Assembly: GCA_951406725.2 (NCBI GenBank)
Contig: OX597817.1
Location: 119,536,001-119,600,000 of the forward strand
Length of the DNA stretch: 64,000 nt
Source: Octopus vulgaris
Taxonomy: Eukaryota
Direction: 5' to 3'
Both the position numbers and the translations under genes were made by a program. The notes beneath the pieces were generated by a model. The model did not search any database, was not told where the DNA came from, and worked only from the letters and a program-made list of their open reading frames with translations. Within the stretch, counting starts at the first letter, position 1, and every line of letters begins with the position of its first letter. Shown in pieces: positions 1 to 14,200 of this stretch.

Positions 1-971
1 CTATGCAAAGCTATCATGTTGAAAAATTCATCTTGCTCAATTATTTATATGCTTACAAGCAGAGCAGTAAAAGAAATTCTATACAACAGTTCATTCAGTA
101 GTTCATCTTTTGATGGTTTAAAGTGGCTTGTCTGTTTCATCATCTGCTGAAGCTGTTTCTTTCTTCAAGCCTCTTGGAAACTTCAGGATTCTTTTAGATA
201 TTTTTTTTATATATCCTTGGCTGTCTTTATTTTCTTTATTTAATTCATAGTTTTTTTTTTATCTATTTTTGGTAGAGGTCCACTAAGTAATAGACTATAT
301 AAGCAATTTGAAACCTTTCATCTTCATCAAGAGATTTTTTTTCTAGCTCTGGGAATGACATTTTTGTTACCCCCATCTCTTATTCTCTCTTTCTCTTTCT
401 CTCTTTGGGACATGTACACGTTATATAGCTTCTATTGTTAACATAATTTCTCCCAGTTCTATGTCATTGTCTTGCATATATATAATTTACATCAAATCAA
501 CTTGCAAATATCTCTATCTTGATTGATTCCAGTGAGATTTATGAGAATTAAGGCTGGTCACTATTGGAGTGCTTCTAGTGATATTCTGAGCTATGTCATT
601 TTAGGCAATACTTTATTAAATCTACAATTTTATGGTCTGAGAGGATTTTAGGTGTCAGCTACACATTATAGGTGAGTTGTGCATTATCTGCAAAGCAGAG
701 ATCAAGAATAACTGCTGTTTCTGATTAAGTAGAGGATTATTTGCTCAATGAACAATATGTTGGCAAAGTCAAGAATAGACACTTCTTTGTCAAAAGAATG
801 TAACACCCTGAAGACTCACACACACATGCATGCATACACACACACACATATACACACACACATAGAACATACACACACCAAAAACATAAAAATATGTTGC
901 TATGTTGCTGCAATATTGGTTTCCAACTTTGGCACAAGGTCAGGAATTTTGGAGAGTGGGTAAGCCAATTA

Positions 972-1455
972 CTGCATTTTAATGTGTATAAGGAACCCTT
1001 GTGCATAAGGAATCCCCTAATTTTGGGGACTTAAAATTTGGAAAAAAGTTTTGTAAGGGATTATAATATTATCCATGTATAAGAAACTCTCATATTTTTT
1101 AAACCTAATTTTTGACAATAAAGGGTTCCTTATACATATAAGTTCTTAAGCAGATCAGGCCGAAAATGTCGCTAGAAGCTAGGAACACCAAGCATAGATT
1201 GGCATATTTCGGTCATATTATGCAGAGAAAATCCCTGGAGAAGGACATTATGCTCGGAATGGTCAGTGGCAAGAGAGGAACAGGCCAACCAAGAACCCAC
1301 TGGCTTGACACCATCAAGAGGGATACCAGAATGGACATAGCCAATCTGAAAGAAGCAGCCCAGGATAGAACTGACTGGAGGACACTGATCCAACGACTGA
1401 CCGAGAGTCGACTTCGACTGAGCAGATAAATAGATAGATACATATAAAAATATGG
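972..1455. mobile_element. Tc1/mariner/pogo (Tigger-like) MITE with TA target-site duplication, itself interrupted by an RTE LINE
   Basis: Left end ctgcattttaatgtgtataaggaaccctt. Right end, after removing the LINE and reverse-complementing, ccatatttttatatgtataaggaaccctt. TA at 970-971 and 1456-1457. Confidence 0.75.
1142..1437 (+). mobile_element. 5'-truncated RTE-clade LINE (3' end of the RT ORF)
   Basis: ORF 1166-1429 RLAYFGHIMQRKSLEKDIMLGMVSGKRGTGQPRTHWLDTIKRD...AQDRTDWR is the typical RTE C-terminus. Short (taga)n tail. 10-bp TSD atacatataa at 1132-1141 and 1438-1447. Confidence 0.9.
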
Positions 1456-2494
1456 TACATCAAACCCAGTGCTCAGCTGGTACTTATCTTACCAACTCTG
1501 AAAGGATGAAAAGCAAAGTTGACCTCAGCAGAATTTCAACTCAGAATATAAACAAAATGCCACTGTTTTTCTCAGTATACAAACAATTCTGCCAGCTTGT
1601 CACATTGTGTTGATGTGATACAAAAATTTCTATCTTTCTGAAATTTTTCCATAAATTTTGAGCAACGGATTTGAGCCATCTAATTCATCTGTTGGGTGTT
1701 ATGTTGTACCTATCACACTGAATTGCTTTTGAAGTGCAATAAATGTGTTGCAAACCTTGCATGTCAACAAGCTAAATGTGTGATATATTTCTAGAAGTGC
1801 CTAGTAAATCTACCATTTCATTGTATAAACATGTTAAATTATTTCTAGCTTTCCATTTTAAGCTCTTACTTTACAGATATTTTTTAAACAAATAATTCCA
1901 ACCATAAAATATCAGATAAGAGCAAATACACAGCCTTTCTTCACTTAACACAAAAATACTGCTTACATATCTGAGAGAATGCACAAGTGCTTGCAAGCAC
2001 ATAGGTGCACACACACACACATGCATGCATACAAATCTTTTGGACAACAACCAAACAAATGCTTGGCAGACAAACTTATAGTGATCAACAACTTGTATAA
2101 AATGATATACTCTATATAATGTCTTTTACTCAGTACTAAACACATTTCTCTCCAGAAGTGCATCCTAATGGAAATTTCTTTTTAGTTATTTTGACTCTAA
2201 TCAGTAACTGGCAAACATTCTAATCAACTGCACTAACAGCTATTAAAAAGCTTCTCCCACTCTATATTATATAGAGCTTTCTACTCTATATTACAGAGCT
2301 TCCTACTCTATATTATCTTACATGTAAAATAAAAAAAATGAAATCTTAACATACCTCCATGTTAACGTTAAATTCAGTTAATATACTTATGCATTTTATA
2401 AAAGTATTGATTAGTTAACTGATAAGGAATTTAGTAGTTTGCGTTATGTTTAAATACTATCAATGGTAAGAATGTAAAATATGTAATATGAATA

Positions 2495-2917
2495 ATCCTG
2501 GAAGGACTTGTCCCAAACTTTGGCATTGAGAGTTACACAAATGCCAGAACTGGGCGCCACTGCGTGGTGCCAAGGACTCCAAATTTGCCATCAAGATGTA
2601 GGACAAGATACTGTGATAGCCTGGGCTTCTGAGGTCCACAGCTCTTCAATATCCTCCCGAAGAACCTAAGAGACCTGCATGGGGTGGATGCAGATGTCTT
2701 TAAAATGAAAATGGATCTCTTCTTGTAAGGTATCCCAGATGAACCAACTTCACAGCAGGAGGTGCAGATGAGGGCAGCTGCATCGAACTCTCTCATGCAC
2801 CAAATGGCAGTTGCTAAAAAGCACTCGTGAAGTGAAACCATGTAGCAACACCAAATGGCGGTGCCTCAGCATGGCCACAGCTCATGAGCTGAAACTAGAA
2901 TCAATCAATCAATCAAT
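2495..2917 (+). mobile_element. 5'-truncated CR1/L2-group LINE 3' end with (TCAA)n tail
   Basis: Translates ILEGLVPNFGIESYTNARTGRHCVVPR...GPQLFNILPKNLRDLHGVDADVFKMKMDLFL*GIPDEP...RAAASNSL with two stops. Ends in a GC-rich 3' tail plus tcaa repeats. Confidence 0.8.
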
Positions 2918-3209
2918 ACCTAATGTGTATCTTCCTGTTGGATTTGTTTTAATTATATTATTTTACACAACAAATAAAGGGATTTCTCAGACATTCTCAA
3001 GCATAGTGCTTTGAGACTAACAAACAAGTTGCTTGTGTTGCGCAAGTGCTCCTATCAAAAGATCTGCATAGACTTTCAGGGGTCTGCAAGAAAGAATGTG
3101 CACAATTTCAGTGGCTTCTTCTTGATACCTTTACAGCACACCAAACCAGATTGAATGACTGGGATACGATCTTCCTTTCAGGATCATCAATAACATTTAC
3201 ATGACTTAT

Positions 3210-3365
3210 TAGTTGGTTCCAAATTTAGGCACAAGGCCAGCAATTTGGGGAAGGGGGCACGTTGATTACAACATCCTTACTGATTAACTGGGTACTTATT
3301 TTATCAGGTGAAATACTACTAAGCATTTCACCCGGAGTGCTTGCAATTCTATCAGCTCCCCACCT
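3210..3365 (-). mobile_element. Internally deleted family B SINE
   Basis: ggcacaaggccagcaatttgggg...gttgattaca...ggtacttattttatc...aagcatttcacccggagtgct...attctatcagctccccacc is the reverse complement of family B segments. Confidence 0.6.
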
Positions 3366-5366
3366 TGCATGAGTTATTAATATTATTCTAGTTAGAAGTA
3401 ACAGTCAAATGGTTATTAAACTAGTAAATTCAAAGCAATTAATAATATTCTATGGTGGAACAGTGCAGTGAAAACTATAATTGATGGTCTCTAAGCGGGG
3501 GAAATAGTCAACATGTTAAAAAAATACTCTTGATCCATATTATATATGTAAGAAATATATACGGAAGGAAAGATTTTAATTTTAGATTTTATTTAAACAA
3601 CTAAATTTTGAGCTGATTTCTTAACAAAGTCTTTCAGTAGAAAGAACAATAACAGCATTATTGGAAATTAAGTGTGATACATATGTCATACAACTGAAAT
3701 GAATGACTCCAACAGTGAAATTAATTGAGAGAATTCTGAAGATGTTTCCCAACATAAAAGTGTAGATAATATATTGGTAACAAGATCTGTAACTTTTACT
3801 AAATAGAATGTGTGTACATATCAAACACAGTTGCTTAAATAAAACCATATATAATTCTAAGCATACATATATACAATTGCATACACACATACACATATCA
3901 GTGCATGCATATGTATGCACAGGTATTATAAAGACACATACCAACACACAAATTTACACTCATGAAATTCTATTTTGAGTGATAATTTATCAAGAATTTC
4001 TGCTTTCACTCTCTCCCTCTCTCTTTCTGTCTTTGTTCCTTTTTACACCTCTCAAAGGCAAAATATGTCACTTCTTAGATGAGAGCATGATGGTAGTAAC
4101 AACTTGCCAATAAGTTTGATAATGTGTTTTCATCAAATGTAGAACAATTGTCAGCAATTTGACTCTTCCAATCAATATGTAATACCAATTGACATTGTTG
4201 ATAATTGTTAAAATGAATTATTCTGGGTTTGTCTATTGAAGCAGATTCAAAACATTGTTAAAATTATAATGGGTGTTAAGTGGATGCTATTGATATATCA
4301 AACAAAGGGGTATCAAATAGCAAGGTATTATACATTTTTGTATGTTTAATGCTCCACTGAAACAAACAAATTTAAAATTGAATATATGTATATACATATC
4401 AAAAACAATTCCCAAATGTATTTATACAATAAAGCACATGCTTAACATGTGTAAATATGCAAACCCATTTAAATATATTTACTTCTATGTGTTTGCATGT
4501 ATGCAATTGCTTATATATATACACTGAGGATATATTTTATATGCATATAATTATATTTATATCTGTATTTATACACACACACATACAAATATATATACCT
4601 ATATACACATATACACACAAAGACTTATAGACAACTGTATAAATATATGCCCATTTAAGCAAAATGCTGCATAAATATGTACACAAACAACCAATACACG
4701 CATAACTATTACAGATATATGAATATATGCCTTTAATCACATATATACTACCTTCTCTGTCTCTCTCATACACACACACACTCACGAATCATGCTGCATT
4801 TGCTTCAAAGAAAACTATGCACTGTCAATAGGTCTCTACCTCATGTGCCTTAGATTATTCAGCCTGAAACTAAATCTAAATTATAATGCTTCATTAATAC
4901 ATAAATATGTTTTCAAAACAAAAAAAAAAGTAATAATAATAATAATATGACAGTAATTATGTAGATATAAAAATGAGAAAATGCATGAGGGAAAATTTTG
5001 AACTTTTGGTTTTGTGTTTGAGTGTATAAGAAAGTAATTAAGTATCCTGCAAGCTAAGAAACATTCATTTTCCATTATGGCAATAAAGAAAATAAACATG
5101 AAAATACATCTAAGTTAAAAGCAGAAAAGATATTAGCAGAAAATTCATAGTCTATTCATTATGTATATAAAACTGAACATCAGCAAATAAATGAAAAATA
5201 TTTTTTATCTCTTTTAACATGAGATTAGCAAGATCATGATAGAATACTAAATCATATGTATACACACATGAATGCACATACACACACTCATACACACACA
5301 TATAGATGAAGACAATTTTATTTGAATTAGAACTTATATAGTAGATGCATAAATTTCAATTCTTAC

Positions 5367-5547
5367 CTGTCTTGACCTGGCATTTTTAAATCAAACTCCA
5401 AAAATGATAGTTCGATGATTTCTCCTAAGTCACCGATGAAGGTATATAAAATGCAATTAATGTTTCTAGGGTATGTCTCCGGGAAGTTGGGTGAAGTGAA
5501 TTTTCCTCTAGAATTACCATAGCTCTGGTAAACCACACATTCGCATG
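5367..5547 (-). CDS. Internal coding exon: N-terminal part of a CUB domain, SOL-1 (suppressor of lurcher protein 1)-like extracellular protein
   Basis: Translation (A)CECVVYQSYGNSRGKFTSPNFPETYPRNINCILYTFIGDLGEIIELSFLEFDLK carries the CUB signature G.F.SPNFP..YP.N..C...F......I.L.F..FDL. The CxC start and CILYTF resemble SOL-1-type CUB domains. Acceptor ttcttgcag| ends at 5548 and donor AG|gtaaga starts at 5366. Phase 1 start, phase 2 end. Confidence 0.88.
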
Positions 5548-5654
5548 CTGCAAGAAACATTATAAGTAACAGTTAAAATGTATTCACATTAAGCCATAGT
5601 TTGAAGTGTAACATTAAAAATAAATTTACATTAGAATACATAAATTCTTACAGA

Positions 5655-5658
<4 letters not shown>

Positions 5659-5711
<53 letters not shown>

Positions 5712-5800
5712 GTATGTATTTATGCAAGTATATATGTGCGTGCATGTATATATATATATATATATATGCATATATATGTGTGTACACATATGGATATATA

Positions 5801-5835
<35 letters not shown>

Positions 5836-5872
5836 GCATATATATATGTGTGTGTACACATATATGTATATA

Positions 5873-5904
<32 letters not shown>

Positions 5905-6027
5905 CACACACACATATGCATATATATATATGTATATATATGTGTACACACATATTTATATATACACACACACATATATATATATACATATATCTGTATG
6001 TGTGTATATATATTGATTGATACATAG

Positions 6028-6086
<59 letters not shown>

Positions 6087-6110
6087 TAGATAGATAGATA
6101 GATAGATATA
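5659..6110. repeat. Compound microsatellite (TA)n/(TG)n/(CA)n followed by (GACA)n(GATA)n
   Basis: Directly visible. It accounts for the many YI/CV-repeat pseudo-ORFs. Confidence 0.95.
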
Positions 6111-7654
6111 TGTATTTGTTTCTTTTGTCTTTTAAAAGTGTGAGACAAAAGTATAATAAACATACTGAGTTCATATAAGTATTAAAATTTGCTACTCAGA
6201 GTTTTTAGTTTGCTATGATATATATTCATATACATGAGTATTATGTAAGAGTAAACATATATAAAGGAACACACACACAATGTAAATGTAAATATACTTG
6301 TATACATGTGTGCATAAATGAGTGTATGACTATATACACATGTATACACATATGCATACACACAAACATGCACTCACATACAGACACACATAATTGAAAC
6401 ATACATATGCACATATATACATACACACACACACACACACGTACATACATACAAAAACACAAAATAATTTTTAAAAGCAAAAGACATTTCTATAATCATT
6501 TTTATTTTTAAATTAATTAATAAATCACTGGTATTCAAGCATGAAGTTTTACAACGACAAGTCTCTATGGAATACTTTTGAATTAGAACACCATTTATAA
6601 TGGTTAATAATTTTATAAATTGTTCTACTAAATGTATTGTTATGTATAAACTGTAAAAGTTTGCTGGTTAGTAACTCAGAAGAGAATTGTAAATATAATT
6701 TATTAGCTACTTTTATATTCTGGAAAGCAACTGGGAAGCTTATATATGCTGAGCTTCAGTGACCATTTCACACTAGCTATTATTTTTGTTCTGTCAATGT
6801 GATTCCTTGTATATATTATAGAAATTGCATGTTGTGTATCTATGCCTGCACATTTGAAAGTGCTTCACTTATGAATTTTTCTGTGTATGCACTTGCATGA
6901 CTATAACTGCCTGTATATTAACACATATGCAAAATATACTTGCATGAGTGTTACACAGACACGTGCATTTATTCCATTTCATATGCTTTGTTTTCTCTAA
7001 AATTATTCAATAACCAATAACCTAAACTCAAGTGGTATGAGTAAATATTTCGCTAAATTATTGAAATATACTTATTTAAAATCAAATCATGATTTAATTA
7101 TTCCAGTTTATTCTTCTCCTGTCATTAGTATTGCAATAGCTTAAAGCAGCCATACTAGAACTATATTTAGGAGAATTTGCATAAATTTTATTTCAATCAT
7201 CACAATTATAAATCTCCCAAATATATGATCAGCTTCCCATTGAAACAATTGGTTTGAAATGCTTAGCATAAATAGTCACATTATATGTTACTAAATACTA
7301 ACTCAATAACATAAAACTATTAATTTTTATTCACTTGGGGGAAAAGTCCTGTATTTTACCATAAAAGACCAGTTTTAAATGTTGAAGGTGAAGGGAAATA
7401 AAATTGAATGAAAATTTGTGTGATGTAGCTTCTTTAAAACCTAAATTTGATTTTCTGATTATATCTTTTGCTAAATACAACATTTAGAATTAGATGATTT
7501 CTAAAACTGAACCAAAATTATAGCCAGTTAGAGTCCTATATGCAAAGAGATTAGTGTGTGGGAGTCTAAGTAACTGGGAAAAACTTTCAAGAAGCAGAGA
7601 CTGTAAAAGAGAGAAAATGTATTCTTTCATTTTTCTATTGGCTAATCCTTGTAC

Positions 7655-8022
7655 TGCAGCCATCCTGGGGCACTGTCTTCAGGAGTTTAGTCAAACACAT
7701 TTCAAACTAAGAATTTATTTTAGTTTAGTATATATTTTATTAATTTCTTTGTTGAACTACTAAACTAGGACATGAACTAATACGACATAAATAACGGCAC
7801 CACTTTTAAGCATTGAACAAGTGAATATGCACACAAACATACACACACACACACACACACAATAAGCCTTTTCATAGTTATTCCATCAACCAAATCTTAT
7901 TTCCAGGATCAGCCTGAGGCAATATAAGAACACATTTTGCCAAAGTGCAGTATCTTGGGAGTGAACATGTAACCACATAATTGGCAAGTGAACTTCATAA
8001 CCACACAGCCATACCTGCACCT
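7655..8022 (-). mobile_element. Decayed tRNA-derived SINE (family A)
   Basis: gcagccatcctggggcactg (tail) ... aaccacacagccatacctgcacc (head), the reverse complement of family A. Confidence 0.6.
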
Positions 8023-9957
8023 ATATGATTATATACTTCAAGAAAGAGATAGTTAGATAATGTATATGTGAGAGAGAAAGAGACAAAGAGAAACAAAGAG
8101 AGACTCATAGAAGGAGATGGAGATTTAATGCATATACACACACAAATACTTATATTGTATAACCACAGAAAATTGATGCAAAATTTTAAATGCTTTAGAT
8201 CAAATTACACATCTGATAACACTGGTAGGGCTTACAAAAATCAATAGAGTTAAGATGCACTTGATCAGAAGAATGGCAGGGACAACTTTAAATGATACAC
8301 TTTTTGGAGTAGAAGAATTCTACTGTAAGATATTTCTTTGAATAAAAAATTTTATGTAACTTCAGGTGAGAGCATCACACACACAGAAGAAAAAATGTGT
8401 GGTCGAAAAGTGTGAAAATGCAGAGGAGTACTGAAATGGTGAAATGATATACATGACAAATTGCACACAAATGGAAAAGTACCATTGCTAAATGAGCAGG
8501 ATTGAAGAAAGAAAATATGACAACAGACAGAGTAAGAACACTGCACTACAAATGCTACGTTTTAATCTGGCTAAATTAGTGGTGAATTATAGGTTATATT
8601 AAATTACTTATTTTCTGTACATGATTGCTTAATGATGAAATGTTAATAATTTATATAATTAATCATATCTATTTCATCAACGTCATCATTTTTTGCTGTT
8701 ATTAAATAGTATTGTTTTCTTATAATAAGGTGCCAAATATTATGCTTTCATTTAACACATTGTTAATACTATTGCTGAAAAAACTGAGTCAGTTACTAAC
8801 ACTTGTCAACAATCAATTTCCATCAGTGATGATTTGATATGGACCAGAAAGCCTTTTCAATGCTGATTTCCAAAGTGTCATCATTGTATATAGCTTCATG
8901 TCTGCACGTGTGTGTGTATGTGTGTGTGTGCGCACACGCACACATGTGCATGTGTGTGTTTATATAGTTTTGAGATAAGACCATTTAATTTTACATAATA
9001 TTGTATATTCAGAATATTTTCTCAAATCATTATGAATGAGGAAAGCCAGACAGATCTTTCTTGCTATGTTCCATGTACTTTTATAATAAACAGTGACAAA
9101 CCATTTCACTGGATCTTATGGAAGTGTAGCAGATATGTTTTATTAGTCATATAGGTCACGGAGATAAGTAAAGAGCAATACATTCAATCTGAGTGTTCAT
9201 TCACACAGACTATATAAATTAAAAGAGATGCTTAAATTAAAAGAGATGATCGATATTTTTGCCTTGACCATAATATGACAAGAGCAGAGCAATCATCATA
9301 TGACTACATTCTGAAGTAACAATACAACTGGGTTTTTTACAAAGAACAAATGCAAAACTGTCTTTCCAAATCTTTATTCAGTATGCTGACCATTTTAATA
9401 CGATGAATCAATCAAAGTCCATTCATTTTTCCAAACTGATCGACTACGTTCCTTAAACGATGAAGTGGACAGGGATGACAATTCTACTGAACTTTCAACT
9501 GGTCCTGAACACACTTCTAGCTTCAGGACTGAAGAAAAATAATTTACTTTCACCAAAACAAAAACAAAAAAGCAAGTGGGCTCCAGTTGAATGTCAAATT
9601 TCAATTTGGCAACACGCTACTTTTCAATAGATGACCAACGGCTTAGGCTCATTCTACCAAACAATGGAAATGTAAAGTTTTGCATTCCCAATATCTGTTC
9701 TGCTGGTTTCTTCTCCACCCTGATCATTGCATCACCTAAAATCCAATCTCTTTTCTGTTCCCACTCAATTTACAGGAACTATTTTGAGCCCTTATCTTTG
9801 CATATTATAACATTCATTAGTTCTGGACTCAAAAGAGAAAAACAAAAAAATCAAAAACAGTTACACTTTGTAAAGTAGATGGCTCTGGGAAAGACATCTG
9901 GCAATAGAAACCATGCCAAAGCAGACCCTATTAAGTCCTCCATGTTAAATGATAATG

Positions 9958-10350
<393 letters not shown>

Positions 10351-10899
10351 AATATCTGCATACATATGCATATATGTACATATATATACAGATGCATATA
10401 AGGATACATCTCACATACACACACACAAACAAAGTCAAAACACACCAATACCAACATTACTCCTTCTATCTCTAACTTTAAAAGATTATAAAGAACTTTT
10501 ATGAAGATAAATTTCCTGAAAGTATCAAAGTAGGGGTTTACTCCATTTTAATCAAAGTAATTCATTTAGAAGTACGAAAAGATTCCAGATCATTGCCTAA
10601 ATTAATTTCAGAGAGCTTGTTAGAGTATATTGGCTGACTGCCATTAAATCCCAATCAAATCTAGAAGTCTGTAGTTGCTTTATTAACAGTAAACACTAGC
10701 AAGATACTGATGACTTGCCAAGTCATGTTAGAAAGGACATTACTACACTCATTTGCAAAGGCATCTTGTCGACTAATTCAGGAATGAGAGAAAGAAAACA
10801 AAGATGTGATGGACACTGCCAATAAAATGGGTCCTTAAAATGTAATTCTTTCTATAGAAAATGAAAATCTTAATTGATTCTATACTATACTATGCTATA

Positions 10900-11270
10900 G
10901 GCGTAGGAGTGGCTGTGTGGTAAGTAGCTTGCTTATGAACCACATGGTTCCGGGGTTCAGTCCCACTGTGTGGCACCTTGGGCAAGTGTCTTCTACTACA
11001 GCCTCAGGCCAACCAAAGCCTTGTGAGTGGATTTGGTAGACTGAAACTGAAAGAAGCCCATCATTTATATGTGTGTCTGTGTTTGTCCCCCACAACATCG
11101 CTTGACAACCGATGCTGGTGTGTTTACACTCCTGTAACTTAGCAATTCGGCAAAAGAGACTGATAGAATAAGTACTAGGCTTACAAAGAATAAGTCTTGG
11201 GGTGAATTTGCTCGACTAAATGTGGTGCTCCAGCATGGCCATAGTCAAATGACTGAAACAAGTAAAATAG
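10900..11270 (+). mobile_element. Full-length tRNA-derived SINE (family A)
   Basis: Head ggcgtaggagtggctgtgtggtaag with box A and box B (ggttcagtccc), core ggcaccttgggcaagtgtcttctac, tail ggtgctccagcatggccatagtcaaatgactgaaacaagtaaaa. Multiple copies in the window. Confidence 0.9.
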
Positions 11271-14200
11271 TATAGTGACTAAACTAACCAAACCTATATA
11301 ATATAAAAAGACATGCTATAATAATGATAATTTTAGTTGTTCTTTTGTGTTAAGAATTAAACTGAAAATGAATCAAAGATGAGATGAATTGAAATTACAT
11401 TATAGCATCACTGGCATGGTTTATACCTTGAAATGCATGTAGAAATTGGTAAAATATTATCATATTTTCATATTTTAGTACTACTAGATCAGATTTGATC
11501 CATAAAGTATGTTTTTATGACTAAACATAGAGAATGTGCACTAAATGCTCCAAAACAAATCACGATCTCTCCCAATGACACCTGAAACCTCCTGACAACT
11601 GGTATGTGGCATTTCCAAGTGATCACACATGCACAAGCAAGCTGTTTCCTGATCTCTTACTAATATCAATTAATTTCTAACATGCAGGTGTTTCAATGAC
11701 AGTGAACCAACAGGTTTCACGAATGATGTGTAAGCAATATAATGCTTCTCTATGTCGCAGCAGTAACCATCATGTCAACCTGAATACTTTTTTCTTTTCT
11801 GCTTCATAGTCATCACCGCCAAATCCCTATAAATTACTTTTGTTATACAACTTTAACTAAAATCATTAATTTCATTACATGCCAACATCAGCAAATCTTT
11901 TATTCCCTAAACTCTGTTAGTACCACAAATTCAGATGACTTTTTTTTTTATTACAATATTTAATTATTTCCTCACTCAGTAAGAACCATATGTGATGGAT
12001 AGTGACACATGCATTATAAGCTCATTCAAAAAATGTGTAAGCAATGCATCATGTTTAATTTGTTTCTTATACACTTTTCCATAATGCATTTGAATATAAT
12101 ATGAAATGCTGTAAATTGAATACTTGTATTCATATTGAGTGCTACAAGTGAGAATTATATTAATGACTCATTAGATTAATTAAATCATGACCACAAGAAC
12201 TGTGTTGAAAAGTGATGTTAGCTTTTACACAGTCACAAAATATGAAGGATTGGATGAGGTTAGGATCCTGTACAATGTACTAAAAAATAAAATTCCTGAC
12301 TTAATGCAAACACAAACACACATTATAATTCGTAACAGAATTTATTGTTGATATCATTTAATGGATAAACATTAAAATGAATACTGTGATGCTAATATTA
12401 ATGAACTAACAATGCATATGTTTGTACATTTACAAAATGCATTTGAGAGAGAATTAAAAATCTGGCAAATATAATGTAAAATTGAATGAAAAAACCCAGT
12501 GATATGTTAGCAAAATTTTTGTGAGAATTATCTAAATATTAAGAGACGCATACATCATATTTCAAAAAATTATGTTTGTAATTTTCACTTAAGTTCCCAT
12601 GCTAGGCTTTATTCTCATTAAGTTGATTATCTCTAAAGCCAATGCAGAAATTTCTTCTTCCTTTCTCTAGTACAAGCATTACTTTGTTGATATTGTGTTG
12701 AACATGTTTGCATTTCTGGCACATGTCCAAAATGTTGCCCCAGGAGAGAGCTACCTGATTGGTTAAATAGAGATTTTTCACATTCTAAGGTTCATTAATC
12801 CAGCTATGTATGATAGCAGAGGTCTCTGGGAAATATTGCAGTGATAACAATTGTTTCAGAAATATCTAATCTCTGGTGAATTTCTAAAATCAACATAGTT
12901 GAAGCAGAACTTAACAGCAATCAAGTTACAGCTTTTGGTAAACATTTAACTAAAATCAATCAGTACCTCCCATCAGGGAATTAAATCTGCAGACAGAGAG
13001 AAGATGAAGAGGGTAAATATAAATATGGTTCTATTTTGAGAAATGAACTTTTGTTATTTATTAATTTAAGAAATCTCAAGAAACTTGTGACACTTTATTT
13101 TCAAATTAGCCTCATCAATACTATAATACATGCTTTAGATTTGTTGGTTTGATTCCTGAAAAGAATGGCTTAAACTTTTATTGCTTTTGAGTTGATAAAA
13201 TATTTATGCATGCATAACTGTCACTCAGAATCAAATATTATTGCTCATGTTTCTATCTGTGTGTAGTTTCCTTTCCGATATAGCAAAGTAAGAGATAGAA
13301 ACCACACCATTCTTGACAGAAGCAGATCTGAATCCAATGACATGATTTCTTTGACTTATATAGATCATTTGTTATACAAATGTAACCAACAGAAACTTGA
13401 TATGACTAAATCAGTTTTGATATAATTTGATCTTTGTCCTGTAAGCTATCAAACTGGTTGCCATGTAAGTACAAGGTTTCACTTAAGTAGACTGCTTAAG
13501 CACAGTGATTTTTACAAGACACATCCCAAATTGTGGTCTCTGCGCCAACAATCTTAACCAGTCTTCCAAAGCTGCATCTCTAGTATCATAAATGTACTTT
13601 GAAATCCAATGAACATTTATCATGGAAACTGCTCAATATTACCAGGCTTTTATTAATGTAAGTTGCTGAGGACATTTTCTTTGACAAATATCTTGATAGT
13701 GTAATAGGTCATTTAAATGTAATTAATATTCTCAGAGTATTATCGTCTAATTTTCTAATTGTTTTGAATATTTTTCTTGTTGAAATTTGTTTAAAAGAAA
13801 GCACTTCAATAACTATCTTTAAATTAATGGGCCCACCCTTCAGTGTTTTGAAATTACTATTCTGAAGTCAATATTTTCCCTTAACCTAAAGTATTTTGGG
13901 GGAAAGCATTTAATTCTTGCTTAATATAATACACATTCTCATTATTTTATAAAAGATTTTTTTAAAACTATGCTCTATATTGAAATAGCTATAAAAATAT
14001 TGTCTGTTGAGTAGGCTTTTAGCTTTTCAGCTTTTTACTGCCACACTAACAATAGAAATAATACTGTAAAGGAGATAGTTATTTTCTAAGTCATGACCAG
14101 TAAAATCTGGAAATTTATATTCAGGAAGTTGAATTTAAACATTGAACACACACTGAAAGTAAAATAGGTACTGGTCTTTAAGAGAAAATATTACAATTGC

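Larger units (their letters stand above)
913..1600 (-). mobile_element. SINE (family B), interrupted by a MITE
   Basis: 913-971 and 1456-1600 join into the reverse complement of the family B SINE seen intact at 36704-36920 (ggtacttat...aaaggatgaaaagcaaagttgacctcagcagaatttcaactcagaa). Confidence 0.75.

Noticed and set aside
5601-6480. Numerous ORFs rich in YI/CV/HT repeats (also near 9968, 29100, 37862 and 39119)
   Set aside because: They are translations of (TA)n/(CA)n microsatellites, not genes.
9260-9604. Minus-strand ORF MKFDIQLEP... and a short hydrophobic MMIALLLSYYGQ peptide as a possible upstream exon
   Set aside because: No domain similarity, the peptide is short for a signal sequence, and the only in-phase donor is a weak GCAAAA.
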